In this document: positions 10,736 to 23,084 of the stretch, one piece after another | How the letters are laid out: the number at the start of each line of letters is the position of its first letter | Position numbering within the stretch: the stretch's first letter is position 1 | DNA from: Atractiella rhizophila | Taxonomy: Eukaryota | Length of the DNA: 39,940 nucleotides | Direction: 5' to 3' | Assembly (NCBI GenBank): GCA_021432655.1 | Contig: MU271217.1 | Location: 63,638-103,577 of the forward strand | Notes under the pieces: generated by a model | What the model was told of the DNA's origin: nothing | Database searches by the model: none | What the model saw: the letters and a program-made list of their open reading frames with translations, nothing else | Translations under genes and position numbers: made by a program

Positions 10736-12222
10736 TCAATGTTCCTGAATGTCTTCCATCTGATCATAATATTCCCATCCGTCTACTTCCATCGCTGGTG
10801 GTGTTGGCCCAGCATCCGGAGAAGGGGTATCCACTTCCATAACATCCTTTTGCGATCGACGATGAGTCAGAGGTGAACCCTTCTGGGGAGGTTTTGGCGG
10901 AGGCTGAATGTCAAACTGATTCTTTGCGCACATCGGTACCTTCCTAGGAGTCTGTTTGAGCGAGCTTTTTGACTTTGGCATTGCCGATTTTCGCGTCGCA
11001 ATGTGAACTTCTAGTGTGGCTGTCTCGAAGACTTTTCGAGAGGCAGAAAGAGGCGTTATTGAAATGGTAAGACCGGCTGGAGATTCTGCTACACGAACTG
11101 TCTGGACTGCACTAGGGTCCACCGTGACTATCTTATGGGGGTTGGTCGGGGTAGTTGGGGTGCCAGGGTTCCACGTTTCCTTCTCCTCCAGTGTGAGATG
11201 GTTAGTGGGCTGTGATACCGGCTTAACCGTAGAAGTTGATGATTGACGTCTGGCTGGGGCGACGGGCGCACTATTGCTCCTTTCCAAAGGTGATGGAGTG
11301 TCGGAGTGCTCGAACATTGCTTTTCTGGAATCCAAAGGGTTGACGGTCGTCCTCCTAAGCTTCTTTTTTGGAGTTGGTAGATCGACGATTTCTCTGAAGG
11401 GAGAGTTTCCATCCTCTTCGTCGTCAGCCAGATCAGTACTGGATCTTCTTCTCTTCTTCCTCTCATGCTGATTCGTGGTAGACGTCGTTGCTGCCAATGT
11501 CGAGGTCAAATTGTTTGGTGCTGCTCTCTGCATTTTCTTCTCTGTTTCCAAGGGCATCACTTTCTTTCGTTCTGGGGTGACGTCTGGAGTCGCATATGGA
11601 AGGCTTGCGGCCGTCGTCGGAGGGGTGTACCAAACCGGCGGAGCACCAGGAGAGGACAGAGGGGCGTGGTTTGTAGTGAAATGAGGCAGGTTCAAAACCG
11701 AGTCGTTGGCTACGTAACTTAGTCCTTAAACAGGAGAGAGGAAGGAAGACTTGCCCTGGGATGATCTAGTTTCCTCACACCCCTTGTTTTCTGAGTCTTC
11801 TGCAATTGTCTTCAGACGATGGACTTGGACAATAGAAACAATAGCGTTAGTTGCGGTCGAAATGACAAGAAATGAATGGATGTACCCGGTTCATCCTTTT
11901 CCTTTCGCTCTGACATCGATTTCTGGTCCTTGAAAATAACTCCTACCCCAGCTGAGGTCAGGCTCTGCGCAGAAAGCTCAAAATGCGTACCTTCAATCTT
12001 CCGATGTTTTTTGAACCTCTCCACAACTTCGAGGATCTTATCAACTCCATAAACATCACACAAGTGATACACGAGTCCCATGGAGTCCTTCCACCAATAG
12101 ACCTTGTGGCACGAGATTAAATCTTTAGCGCGGGACATCATGGCTTTCGTATAATCGAATAGGGAGTCGAGATAATTGTTCTCTTCTGCAACCACCAAGG
12201 AAGCAAGATTGGGGTTTCTCAT
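10736..12222 (-). CDS. Hypothetical protein: short helical N-terminus and long S/T/P/K-rich disordered C-terminus (multi-exon)
   Basis: ORFs 11812-12222 and 10736-11695 lie on the same strand with GT..AG intron-like gaps between them; NLS-like ERKKRRRS and PKKKLRR. No family recognised. Confidence 0.5.
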
Positions 12223-13596
12223 GGATTCTGTTGCTGTTATCGACTGTTTGGGTCGGATGTTCGAGACCTCAATGGGATGTCGCCTCGCTGTAGCCTTTGG
12301 TGAAACAATTAGTCGTGGTTGACCAAGTTACTAGCTGGCGGCCTTGTAAAGTTTTATATCCAGTCGTCCCTTTGTTTTATTTCACCCCACCGTCGCTTGT
12401 TGATAAGTTCACAAGGATGCAAAGATTTCTTTGTGCGGTAGAAGGAGATTATCGCTTATCAAATTGACAAGAGCCTGTGCAAGACTCATAAGAGGCATCA
12501 AGACTTGTATGTCGGAAGTCCTCGATCAAATCAGCTTTACTGCTGTTGGTAAGGAACGTTTGAAGTCCCAATGCGCATCGAACACCATCAAGAGGGACGA
12601 ACTTAAACGTGGTGGAAAACTGCATAAATAATTGAGACAATCTCATAGCTATGGTCCCTGATGGAGGATCTCCTTCCAGCTTCTTCTCGCTTGTCTTGTC
12701 CTCCAAGCCAATGTGTATAGATCTGTTAACTTCGATAGAGCCTTAAGCCTTAACCTTAAGGGAACAAAGGACTGCTCTAAATTTCGCAATTGTCATCTAC
12801 CTCTTTGTTGTTACCGTGCTTATTCTTGTAATAAGGCTTGCGTGGATGCGCCGTTTGGCGCCATGAAGCAATTAATGAGAAAGAATATACGCATCTCTTC
12901 TACTGAAGGTCGACCGTGGAGCTCAAAGCTCAGGAGATAGCGAAACGAACACGGTTATTTGGTGAAGCAGGAAGTAACTAAATGTTAGGCGTAAGGTGCG
13001 AAGAGTTCCTCGCTCAGAATGTATTGTAATGAAAAGTAAGCAAGCACCCGTTGACAAGGTTCGTTGTTACAACTTTCGGTCACGCAAAGTGGCGTAAACC
13101 AACTCACTCCGTATTGGAAGCCTTCGCAGCAAAAGTTTGTAAACCTCGCAGAAGCTGCCGTACCTATTTGCTGGGACGAAACGCACTTTCAAGTTCACAC
13201 AAATACCACAGAAACAACCTCACTCCGCGGCTCTCCCTCTGATATTGTTTTTCGATCGATACATTTCCCCGATTCCCCGCTTGCTCCTTCCCCGCTGAAC
13301 CTATTCCCATCTCATCATTGTCGTGCTCATAAAAGCATAAAAGCGTTGATTCCTGCCCAACTTCGCTGGCGGACCTTCCCGATTTCAGCAGTTTTCCTGA
13401 TTTTCTTCGTTTGCCGTACGTCATAAACACATAATCTTGAGGAAACAAATACGGGCAAATAGCCAAGCTCATAAAAACCGATCAGCAGCTTGCCCCTTAC
13501 CTCTTCTCCACAATCCAGCGTCACGCGTTCCTGCAGAAGCCTTCCACATCCCTAGGAGAAGACTGAGAATATCCCTAAGAAACTGAGAAGACGAAC

Positions 13597-14324
13597 ATGT
13601 TTGCAGGCGACAACGACAGCATCTACGATCCCCGCGGCTCAGTCTACGCCCTCGACCTCTCCACAGGGGGCAACTCCTCCTCCCGCCTGTCCTCCTACCC
13701 GACTCCCCCCGCGTCCCTCCGTCTCGCCCAGCGTCAGGCGCAACAGCACACTCGCTCGCAGCAGGCGGACCAAGCGTTGGCGGACGAGAGGCTGAAGAGC
13801 GATCTCCCGCTGAGCGATCCGAGGCATCCGGCTAATAACCCGCTGCATCCGTCCCTGTCGACGAAGAGGAAACAACGGATCTTGCATTCTACCCCCAACA
13901 ATGCCACCAATGGCACACAGCCAGCGAGTCAGACGGCGAGGAGGGAATCGTCCGCTTCGACCCTTGGAGCGTCGGATGAGGAGGAGAGGTTGGCACAGGA
14001 GAGAATGCAGAGGGAGAGGGAGATGAGGGCGAGGAGCATGTGGAGGAATGAGAGGGATTTTGGGTGGAGCGATTCCGCGGGTGGCGTGAGGAGCGGCAGG
14101 GAAGGGATCGGGAATGAAGACGTCGAAGAGGCTGGCGGAGGCGGGCTGAGGAGGTGGATGAGCGTGGGTGGGGAGAGGAGAGGCAGGGGTAACGCCAACA
14201 GTGAGTCTTTACTTTCTTTTGCTGGTGGATTGCTCCAAAGCGTCAGCGGATGGATAAATTCATCCAGAATACTCGACACGCTCTAAGAGCCAGTCCAATG
14301 AAAGACTCGACGCGCCTCTCTGAC
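13597..14324 (+). CDS. Hypothetical low-complexity protein
   Basis: ATG-initiated GC-rich ORF of ~200 codons, with a probable gtgagt...ccag intron near 14201-14267 and a short last exon. Confidence 0.55.
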
Positions 14325-15058
14325 TCCTCGACTCTCTGGAGAATATTGTGTGTGACCTTCACACGCAGTCAACTTGAAGCGTAAAATTTGTTCCTGCGTT
14401 GCCTCGATCAAAGATGGTTGAGCTTAAGAACTGCATCTGTGGGGAAAGTAATGCCGTTCTTCTGGGCCGCTCACGTTGGCTTTGAAGCTTGCATGCTGCA
14501 CATACAGATGTGCGTTTGTGGCTATGGTTGTGCCGTTTATTCTTTGTCTTCTCTGGAGATGGAGAAGGAAGCGCTGCGGTCAGCGGTCAGCATATTTTTC
14601 AGGATTCGGGAAAAGCTGGTTGGAGGAAAGATTCATGCAGACTCCGAACGCTCGGACGCACTTTGATGGGCAGAGTTACTCATTCTTTGTCCTGATCAAT
14701 TTCGAAGGGATCAATGCTGTCCTGAGGCACATCCTAACGACAGCCTGCATGTTCTTCGTTCAACTCAGTTTCGCCCATGGCGACGTTGTCGGAGAATAGA
14801 CTTGCTTCGAGCGCTTATCTGGGACTGTCCACTGATGCAGGTCCAGACTGATGCAGGTCCAGATGGAAGGGACGTGTCCAGCATTGAAGGAGTAGGATGG
14901 CTTGTGGTTACAGCAGCTTCTTTGGAGACTCAATATGAACAGAAGGTTCTTCAACCTGTTGCACATTTTGCAAAGGGATCTTCCGCGCAATATGCTCTCC
15001 ATTGACGACCAAGGGTTATTCCTCCAAGAGTTATTCGTGACTTACTTTGTCCCATAGA

Positions 15059-15819
15059 ACCATATCGCCCCGTCTTTGCCCCAGTGACGACTTTGGAAGA
15101 TGTCCCTGTTCCCGCCGATCAAGTTCCAACGGTCCCCTACAATGCCGGAAGTCAAGAGCTAGCCTTGGGAAGTGGAATGACACGCAAGCCTTCATTGTCG
15201 AAGCGGATCGGGGGAGCGCTCTCTCGTGGTCTCGGATCACTCAGGCGCGATCGGTCCGTCGATCCGGAGCGTCGTCGCGAGCTTGCGGTTGTGGAAGAGG
15301 AAGAGAAGAAGGAAACGGAAACGGAAACGGCGACCATCCATAATGAGTCCGGAGGAGGGTTGGGAGGCGTGGTTAGGTCTTTGAGTAGGCGAGCTACCAC
15401 GGGTGGAGGGAGGGGAAGGAGGAGAGGTCCGCAACCGCCACAGAGAGCCGAGTATGAGGTCAAGAAGGAACCTGTCGGCCAACCGGAAGGGTTGGGAGAG
15501 CCTAGGGAGCGGTTGAGCAAGGCGTGGCAGAATGTCGGTTCGTATTTCCACTTGATTGGTTCTTCAGTCCCAAACCTTGACTGAGCTTGAAACAGAACTG
15601 CCCGAAATACCACTGTATAAACCTCCTAAGGCTGCCAATGTCCCCAACGCCAAAGCATTGTCTTCGTTCGCTCCAAGACCTCCTCTCAGAGCGAGAGCCC
15701 AGACCCAAGACGGAACGGCTGTCACGCCTGCCGGAGCGGAGAAAGCTAGGTATCAGGAACAAGAGAAGAGGGAAAGCAGGGCTGTACGGTCAGGATGGAC
15801 CAAATTCAACGAAGATTGA
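15059..15819 (+). CDS. Hypothetical protein, 3' exons (5' end unresolved, possibly from ~14414)
   Basis: ORFs 15084-15584 and 15556-15819 join in frame through a gttcgt...aaacag intron (NV|ELPEIPLY). Confidence 0.5.
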
Positions 15820-16099
15820 ATGAGAACGTGTGACCGCTGAGGTTATGCCTCTGTAGAAAGTCGGCTGGGGTACCGTATATACAGGTTTAGGTTTAATGGA
15901 CACTTAGAGGTGTTCGTGTTCGTTTTTAAGTGTTGTTGGATTGGCCTTTCTTGCGTTCTCGAATTTCTGTCGACATGGACTGCTTTTCGGGTTTCATTAA
16001 TTTGGTTTTGGTTTCGTATTGTTGGCTCTTACAATTCCTGCGCAATGATGATGATGATTTGACGCTCTACACAGCGACATTGCATTTGGTCATTGATAG

Positions 16100-17329
16100 T
16101 TACAACTTAGGCTTTTCGCCCTCCGGTCCTTTATACCACTCTACTCTCCCGACCTTATCTCGAACTTTCCCCTCCGCCAAATACTCACGATAATACTCCC
16201 ACGGGCCTCCTTTGTAACTGTGCTCCTTGCGAAACGTGTCAACATGGCCGCAGCTCTCCCAGCCTATCGATTTCGCATCAATCCATCGTCCCTGGAATCT
16301 AGCGAGTGGGCAGCGGTTCATCTGATCTGTTCATGCAATGAGTATTTCAGACGGTGATGGGAAAGAGACGAACCCCTCATAGGTTCTGTGGAACTAATCA
16401 ACCTGTCATCGTTATAGCAAACCATTAAGGTATCGGTTGAATATGTCGTCTTGCCGTCAGGCGAACCTGTCCGTTCCCAGATGTAATCTTTCCGAAGCAT
16501 GCCTCCCCACCAATCTTCAGCTATTCCCAACGTCATGTCCTCCCCAACGTTTGACTCCGCACCGGATAGGTAGCCAAGTTCTCTTGACAGCGCCAAAGCA
16601 GAAGATAGCCTCTTGTGAGCGGCTTCGATAGATGTAGGCGGATTCTGGTTACCTTCTTCTCGCATCTCGCAGAAGTGAACGGAGGGATTGAAGGAGCTGA
16701 CAAGTAGAGCACGGGAGAAGCGGGAGGTATAAACGAGGGGAAGGAGGGTGAAGAGGGTTCCTGAGCACGCCTTTGTTAGTCTATGCATTCCTCTGCTTGA
16801 AATGCGACGGGAACTCTTACCTCCATTGCTATGTCCACACCACACTAGCTCTTCTCCTCGAAAGCGGGTAAAGATGAATTCGATGGCAGCTTTCATGTCG
16901 TTTGCCCAAGAGTGAATCATGTCCACTTGCGGAGCTGCCTTCAGAGCTTCGATCATCGATTCGCGCGATTTGAGATTCACGCCTGGCGGGTAGGATTCAC
17001 CGACATATCTGAAGGAGAAGACAAAGGTGGCATGACCGTGATTTGCTAGATACCTGTGTTTATCACTGTTATTGTTCCTTCTCGGAGGGAAAGAAGTGAG
17101 AGCTGACGTTGCAAAGTCGAAATAGAACCGAGCTGGTACGCCTGATGCCGGAGCAATGACCACGACGTTCTACCAGACATCCGATCAGTTTCTGCGGGAG
17201 GCAGAATGCATATCAATCTACCTTCAATGGCACTTCTGCCCTGACGAATAAATAGCCCCTGGTGGGAAACGAGCCGTCTTCCGTCTTCAAAGCAACAGGC
17301 TCCGGGAAAGCCTGATCTGTGTTATGCAT
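16100..17329 (-). CDS. Alpha/beta-hydrolase (COG4757-like predicted hydrolase)
   Basis: VVIAPASGVPARFY, F.FRYVGES, nucleophile elbow GHSNGG, DD in YNDDRL and C-terminal GH (CGHVDTF); several introns. Confidence 0.75.
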
Positions 17330-19013
17330 ACTTCTAGCTGTTGCTTTGCTTCGAACATTCGGGATGTGGGGATTATAAACACGAAAGAAGGGAGAGGCGA
17401 TGGTGATGCTCGAGGTTGCCGGTTGAGATAACGGATCAACCGGAGGTGCTCGCGCGGCGCGAGCATCAGGCATCCCTTCTGCCCATCTAAAGGCGGCGGA
17501 CTCAACTCCCAGTTTTGTTACCTTAACCGTTAAGGACAGCAAGTTGACGTTTCTCTGTCCATTACTGGTTCTGCACAGCCATCGTTCATTGTCATCAATT
17601 CAATTCAACAGGAGAAGCATGGAGAAGCAATGATTCGAATATTAATCAATGATGCTGGCCTCCTCAGGACCCCTAAAGCATTGTAAAACAATACATGAAC
17701 AACATGGTTTCTCCTGGGCCTGCATCGATACAACACTCGCAGCTTCCGAATGGGCACAGTTGTACATGTCCCCATTGCGTTTTCATACGCAAAGCGACAA
17801 AATCGACAAAAATTTCAGCTTTACACCCGAACAAACTATCTTCGTACGCCTGAGATGACCAGACCTTCATATGCTCATCGACTCGTCGACGAGCTCGAAC
17901 GAGCCTGAGATGTCACGTGAATCGGTTCACCTAACCTCAGCTAATGCCTCTTTTACGTCAGTCTTCATCTTCATCATAAATTAGTCTTCAAGGATTCATC
18001 CACACATCGCTGGCCCTCCAGCCTCAACAAATCCCATAGCACAGAGTCTAACTCGATCTTCTGTCATATGGAACAGGTTTTTTTACCTGTTCAAAAACCC
18101 AAGCTCTGGTTGTTCACACGAACTAAATATCTGTTTCAAATTCGGAGAGCGCTCCAGCATTTACTGGAAAAAACACATTGTTCTATCTTTCAACTTGGTG
18201 GCATCCAGCCTCTTCTGTGCGTCAACATCTTAGACTCTGCTGGTCCTCCGAACCAGTTGCCCATGGTCGTTCCACCAGTGTCAATCGTGTCCGTGGAGGT
18301 GCTGTTCGAATCCGTTGGAGAGATTCTTGCAGATTGCGAGTATGAGCCATCGGATTGGGTTCTTCTCGACCCATCCGCCAAATGCGCATAGCGTTGTACC
18401 AAGGGCGTAGAGCGCAGCCCAATGAGCGAGTGAAATGAAGTTAGGCTCGTTAGAGGCGGTTGCGAAGACGGACAGGCACTATGAGACAATGCAGAGGACT
18501 GACAAAACCTGGATGTGCTCAGAGGCCATTCCCGGCTTATGTACTTCATTGTTGGAAGCTTGAACACGAAACGGTTTCAACGTATTCTGTTAGTGTTCTC
18601 AGCTCAAATTTCTTGTAAAGCTTTTTCACTGACCACGTTGAATGGCCACACTTTCCTTGCGAAGTTCTCTTCGCATCCCACTTGCAGGCATTAGAGTGTG
18701 CACGGACACGAGATCCCTTTGTCCCCTTTACGCGCACGTGGCACTTTCGCCTTCTGTTTGGTTTCGTGACATTGTTGGGAACATAGAACGCGAACAAGTC
18801 GACAAGGGACATTGTGCCGCATGAAAGAAACGACGAAACATTCAACGGTGCCTTAAGACTGACACTGAAAAGCACTGAAGAGCCCATTCCATCGTAACAA
18901 CACAATTCTCATTCAGCTTACATCGCATTCAAGCATCAATCTCCTTCACGAGCTCTGCCCTAACAGACATACGCCTAAACACAATCCGCATACTGTGATC
19001 CTCAATATTTTAC

Positions 19014-20906
19014 ATGCATCATCGGCTATTCGACCAGATCATCTCTCATATCCCCCAACAGCTTAGGAGCGATCATATCCAGCTCTTCCATTTCCTCTTC
19101 GACCTCGCACACTACGTCAAAGATGGGCAAAGAAACATAGGTCAGTTCCTCAGCTTCCTTTTGTTCGTCCCTAGACTCCAAACTGACTCCAATTTTCAAG
19201 ATCATTCAGCGACTCGAGCAATTGACGAAGCAGCCAGTAATTACGACAACCTTCACACCAGTTCTTCTTTGCCGCGCCAACCCACGACGCCTATCCAACA
19301 TACTCTGCGCTTGACTGACCCAACACATCAAGCCGCCTCAGATTCCTTCCTAACCCCAATCACGGCACAATGGCGCAGCCATGTTGGGCATGACGGGGCT
19401 TTACACCAGTGCGCCGCTCTAGATTGTGAAACGAGGTGCAGCCCAGATAGAGACGGGATTGCTTTGGACATGAGGAGAAGTCTGGACCTGTCGGCCTTGC
19501 GGAGGGATCAACAACAGAGCTGGAGGAGAAGGAGGAGGCGTGGTGCAGATGACGACCTATCAGAATCTTTTCTCAAAAAGAAGAAACCCAAAACTCAAAA
19601 CAGTGATGCTGTCGCTTCCTCCATCGCTGAAGATCTTGATTATATTCCTCCGCTTCCGGCACCAATACCACGACGACATATCCGACTCAACCCAACTACG
19701 TCCCGCCCTGTATCCAGAAACGCGACTCCCGGACCGTCCTCATTTCTCGACCACCTTCCGTCGCATAATGCACGAAGCTGGACGTCGCAGACAAACGATC
19801 ATTATGCCTGTCCTAATGAAAGCGGACGACCTACAACCCAATTGTCTAGACAGAATGGTCTCCAGTATCGTCCGTTTGGAGCAAAGAAGAAGTTTCAGAT
19901 GGAGTTTTCGATTCCTTTCCATCCTTCATCACAACAGAACTCTTCGCATGACATAACTTCTTCCCTCAGAGGGACATCTTCTACCGACACGTGGTCTCCG
20001 GTATTGCTCTCCACACACCTCCAAGAAACATCTCAGGCGGCTCCTCCGCCTCCGGAACTTCAGGAACCTCCTGTACCAGTGCCTCATGAGAGCCTGTTCA
20101 TGGACATCTATTCGCGGCGGAATCTCCCTCCTACATGTGAGGACGCTACAATGTCATCCGGACACTGTAATGCGTGGTTGGATACAACTAAAAAGGAATC
20201 ATTCCGATCCAATGCGAATCATACTCACGTCCGCAATGTCACTTTTCTACCCGAATTGTCCTCACATGATGGTGGATGTCTTGAATACAGACCGAATGAA
20301 GGGGACTGGCGTGTCACAGCTACGGGTTGTTGCCGTGTTGGAGGAAAAGGAGAGGAACAGTGCAAATTTATTGCACATCCGTCGTGTTACTTTGGAACGA
20401 AAATGGGGCATGGTGAAGGAGAAGAGCGGGACCAGGTCCGAATGAGGTTGCAAAGGAAAGACAATGCTCTCAATGCAGGACAAAATCCTGAAGCAAAAGA
20501 GCAACCTGAGGCTGCTGACAACAATTTGACGCAGGGCACTGGTCAGAGATGCCGAGGAGGAGTTGATGCAAGAGTTGGGGAGCATGATCGAATCGAGAAC
20601 GAGGCGATCTACGTTCCAGGGAGAACGCTAGATTATCGATACCTCCTTCCTCACACCGAGCAGCGTAGGGCATTGAGCTTCTCTAAGTCCGAGGTTTGGG
20701 GGGAGCCTAATCCTAATTCCAAAGAAGGCGATGGGAGCCACAAATCCCAAGCCGAGGAAGAGCATCGCGATGTTGGTGGTGAAGAGGGACATGCCCAGGA
20801 CGACGCAGATGTTGAGGAGAAGGGAGGCAGAGCTGAGGTGGAAGACGATGCAAGTGAAGAGTGGGATTGCGATCTCTATCCCGACGACTCAGACGAGGAG
20901 GTTTAA
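19014..20906 (+). CDS. Hypothetical protein with a Cys/His-rich segment and an acidic tail
   Basis: 630-codon ATG ORF with a possible in-frame 60-nt intron at 19141-19200; NLS-like RRRRRR and KKKKPK. Confidence 0.6.
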   Translation: MHHRLFDQIISHIPQQLRSDHIQLFHFLFDLAHYVKDGQRNIGQFLSFLLFVPRLQTDSNFQDHSATRAIDEAASNYDNLHTSSSLPRQPTTPIQHTLRLTDPTHQAASDSFLTPITAQWRSHVGHDGALHQCAALDCETRCSPDRDGIALDMRRSLDLSALRRDQQQSWRRRRRRGADDDLSESFLKKKKPKTQNSDAVASSIAEDLDYIPPLPAPIPRRHIRLNPTTSRPVSRNATPGPSSFLDHLPSHNARSWTSQTNDHYACPNESGRPTTQLSRQNGLQYRPFGAKKKFQMEFSIPFHPSSQQNSSHDITSSLRGTSSTDTWSPVLLSTHLQETSQAAPPPPELQEPPVPVPHESLFMDIYSRRNLPPTCEDATMSSGHCNAWLDTTKKESFRSNANHTHVRNVTFLPELSSHDGGCLEYRPNEGDWRVTATGCCRVGGKGEEQCKFIAHPSCYFGTKMGHGEGEERDQVRMRLQRKDNALNAGQNPEAKEQPEAADNNLTQGTGQRCRGGVDARVGEHDRIENEAIYVPGRTLDYRYLLPHTEQRRALSFSKSEVWGEPNPNSKEGDGSHKSQAEEEHRDVGGEEGHAQDDADVEEKGGRAEVEDDASEEWDCDLYPDDSDEEV

Positions 20907-21096
20907 CGAGTGTTGATGCTGATGAACAGGTTTCTTATAGCATCATGGCCTAGCATATAATGTATTTAACCATTGCTGTTGTAATATTTGCATTTCGTCC
21001 ATTCGCGTCGGCGATTCCCACAAATAGTCGAGCATTGCCGCTGGCTCAAAGCAAGAACAGTGAGCGATTTTCAGACGCAGTAGCCTCACAATTTCG

Positions 21097-22642
21097 ATGG
21101 ACGATGTCCGGCTGCTGCTGCTCCGCCCATTCGCTCTTCAAGCAAAAGACTCAGAAAATAAAGGAGACTTCCTCTCTTCACTGCTGGGGGCTATAACTCG
21201 GGCTCTAAGCTGGTCGCTCGCTTTTTATTTCAAGGTGCGTTCGCTCCCTCTCTTCATTCGCAAATTGCTAGGAACTGATAAATGATATTGACGTAGAGTC
21301 CTATTCGCTTGTTCCGGCCAGTAAAAAGTGGGTCTCGTTGACCAAGAAGGTGGCCGAAAGCTGACGAAGATCAACAAGGAAGTTTCGTCTTGGACGGCTG
21401 TTCAACGGTTGGCTGAAGATCAGGGGAAAGATGTCTCCTTGGGAACTGTGAGGAGCCTGTGGAGGAAGGAAGGAGTGAGTTGACCTGAATTGTTCTCCCT
21501 TTAGTCCCGCAGCTTTTCCATCTGCGGTCTCATTCGTATTCGTTGTTTGTTGCTTTCCTAGCCTCTGTGTAATCTAAATGCTAGCGCATGCGAGCATTTC
21601 AGCTCACAAGCCACCTGTTGCCCTTCTACCGGGGAACAGGACCAGCTGAAAGAGGAGATTGCAACGTTTTGTTCATTTCATAACACGTCGTTCCCGTCAT
21701 CTATCAAAGAATTACAACTGATTTATGATATCCTCACAGTGGAAGTTTGTTCCTCGACACCTCCTCCCTCCAATTGTAGTAAATACAGCTATCGGCCTTG
21801 TCCTGTTTGGGAGTGCGTATTTCGACCCTCTGTCTGCTCTCTAGGTACTTTCCCTCCAAAAGAGATATACTCACCATATTGCAGCATACACGTCTTCGAC
21901 CACATACCTCTCTACATTAACGTCCCTCTCACCTACAACAACTGCTTTCTTGTCTGGAGGCTTAGCTGGCGCCTGTCAATCTCTCATCTCTATCCCGATT
22001 GACAACGTGCGAACGCATCTGCGTTCCTCAACTTACAAATCATGGATTTCTCTTGTGGTGGAAACCTTCAAGCCATCTGCTCCTGTTCCTCGCGTCTCTG
22101 AGCATAGTGAAGGCAGAATGAAGGGAACGAGCACTCGCGCCTTATTTCGTCAATATGCACACACCGGCTTCTCTATGGGCGGTCTGAGCGTGTGCAAGGA
22201 CACGCTCGGTTTCGCTCTCTTCTTCAGCATCTTTGAATCCTTCCGATCTTTGGGCTCTCAAGCCGCATCTTACATCGATCCCGACGCGAAAGAAACGCGA
22301 GGCAGGCGGAAACCTCTGGCTATTGCTGCTCAGGCTTCGACCATCCTGCTGGGCGGAACCCTCGCCGGTTCCTCATTTGTACTGGTTTCCAAGCCTTTCG
22401 AGAGGGCTCGAGGCGTTGTGGCGAGGAGAAGGGAGGAGTGGGCTGTTCGGTCGTCTGGTAGTGGCACCATGGAACGACGTCCGACAGTTAGTGGCGCACT
22501 GAGAAATGAGACTAGCCTTAAAGGATGGAAGTGGTTGTTCAAGGGAGGGGTTGGGAGGAGGACAAGGATATGGAGCGTAGTGCCCCCTTATGCTTTTGGA
22601 TTCCTGGTGTATGCCGTTGTAAGTGGAGACTTGCAGCCTTAG
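21097..22642 (+). CDS. Mitochondrial carrier (SLC25)-like protein, multi-exon
   Basis: GGLAGACQSLISIPIDNVRTHL and GGTLAG...KPFERAR resemble the Px[DE]xx[KR] carrier signature; the N-terminal AFYFK|SPIRLFRP is split by an intron. Confidence 0.65.
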
Positions 22643-23084
22643 ATCTTAGAGGGACTTCAAAGAATCGAATTGATGATGCTAATGATGATGCCATATACTA
22701 CATTTCATTCTATTGTGCATGGTGAGGGAGGTGTGAGGGCTTTGCCTCATGACTCATGCCAAGAACTGATGAATAGGAAAGGATAGGTTTAGGTTCACGT
22801 CAGACTAGAGTAGAACCTTAATGATTCCTGAGCGGAGCCGCAGCTTACAGCGTCGAAGCTCTAGTGTGGCAACGTTCCCCAATTTCACCAACACTTATTT
22901 CCTCGAACTTCTATAGGAGATTCACCAAAAAAGACATCACTACACTGCAGAAAATACAAATTGCGGGCGCCTTTCCTTCTCCTTCACCCTAAGCAACACA
23001 CTTGGTTGTTTGCTTTTTCCGCTATCCTACTAGTATTGACGATGAAGAACAGGTTCGAGAAACAAAGCATCTCTGATTATCACT

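Noticed and set aside
14832..14863. 16-bp tandem repeat actgatgcaggtcca(g)
   Set aside because: Only two copies; an ordinary slippage duplication.
18190..18905. Small minus-strand ORFs
   Set aside because: No recognisable motif or consistent splice model.
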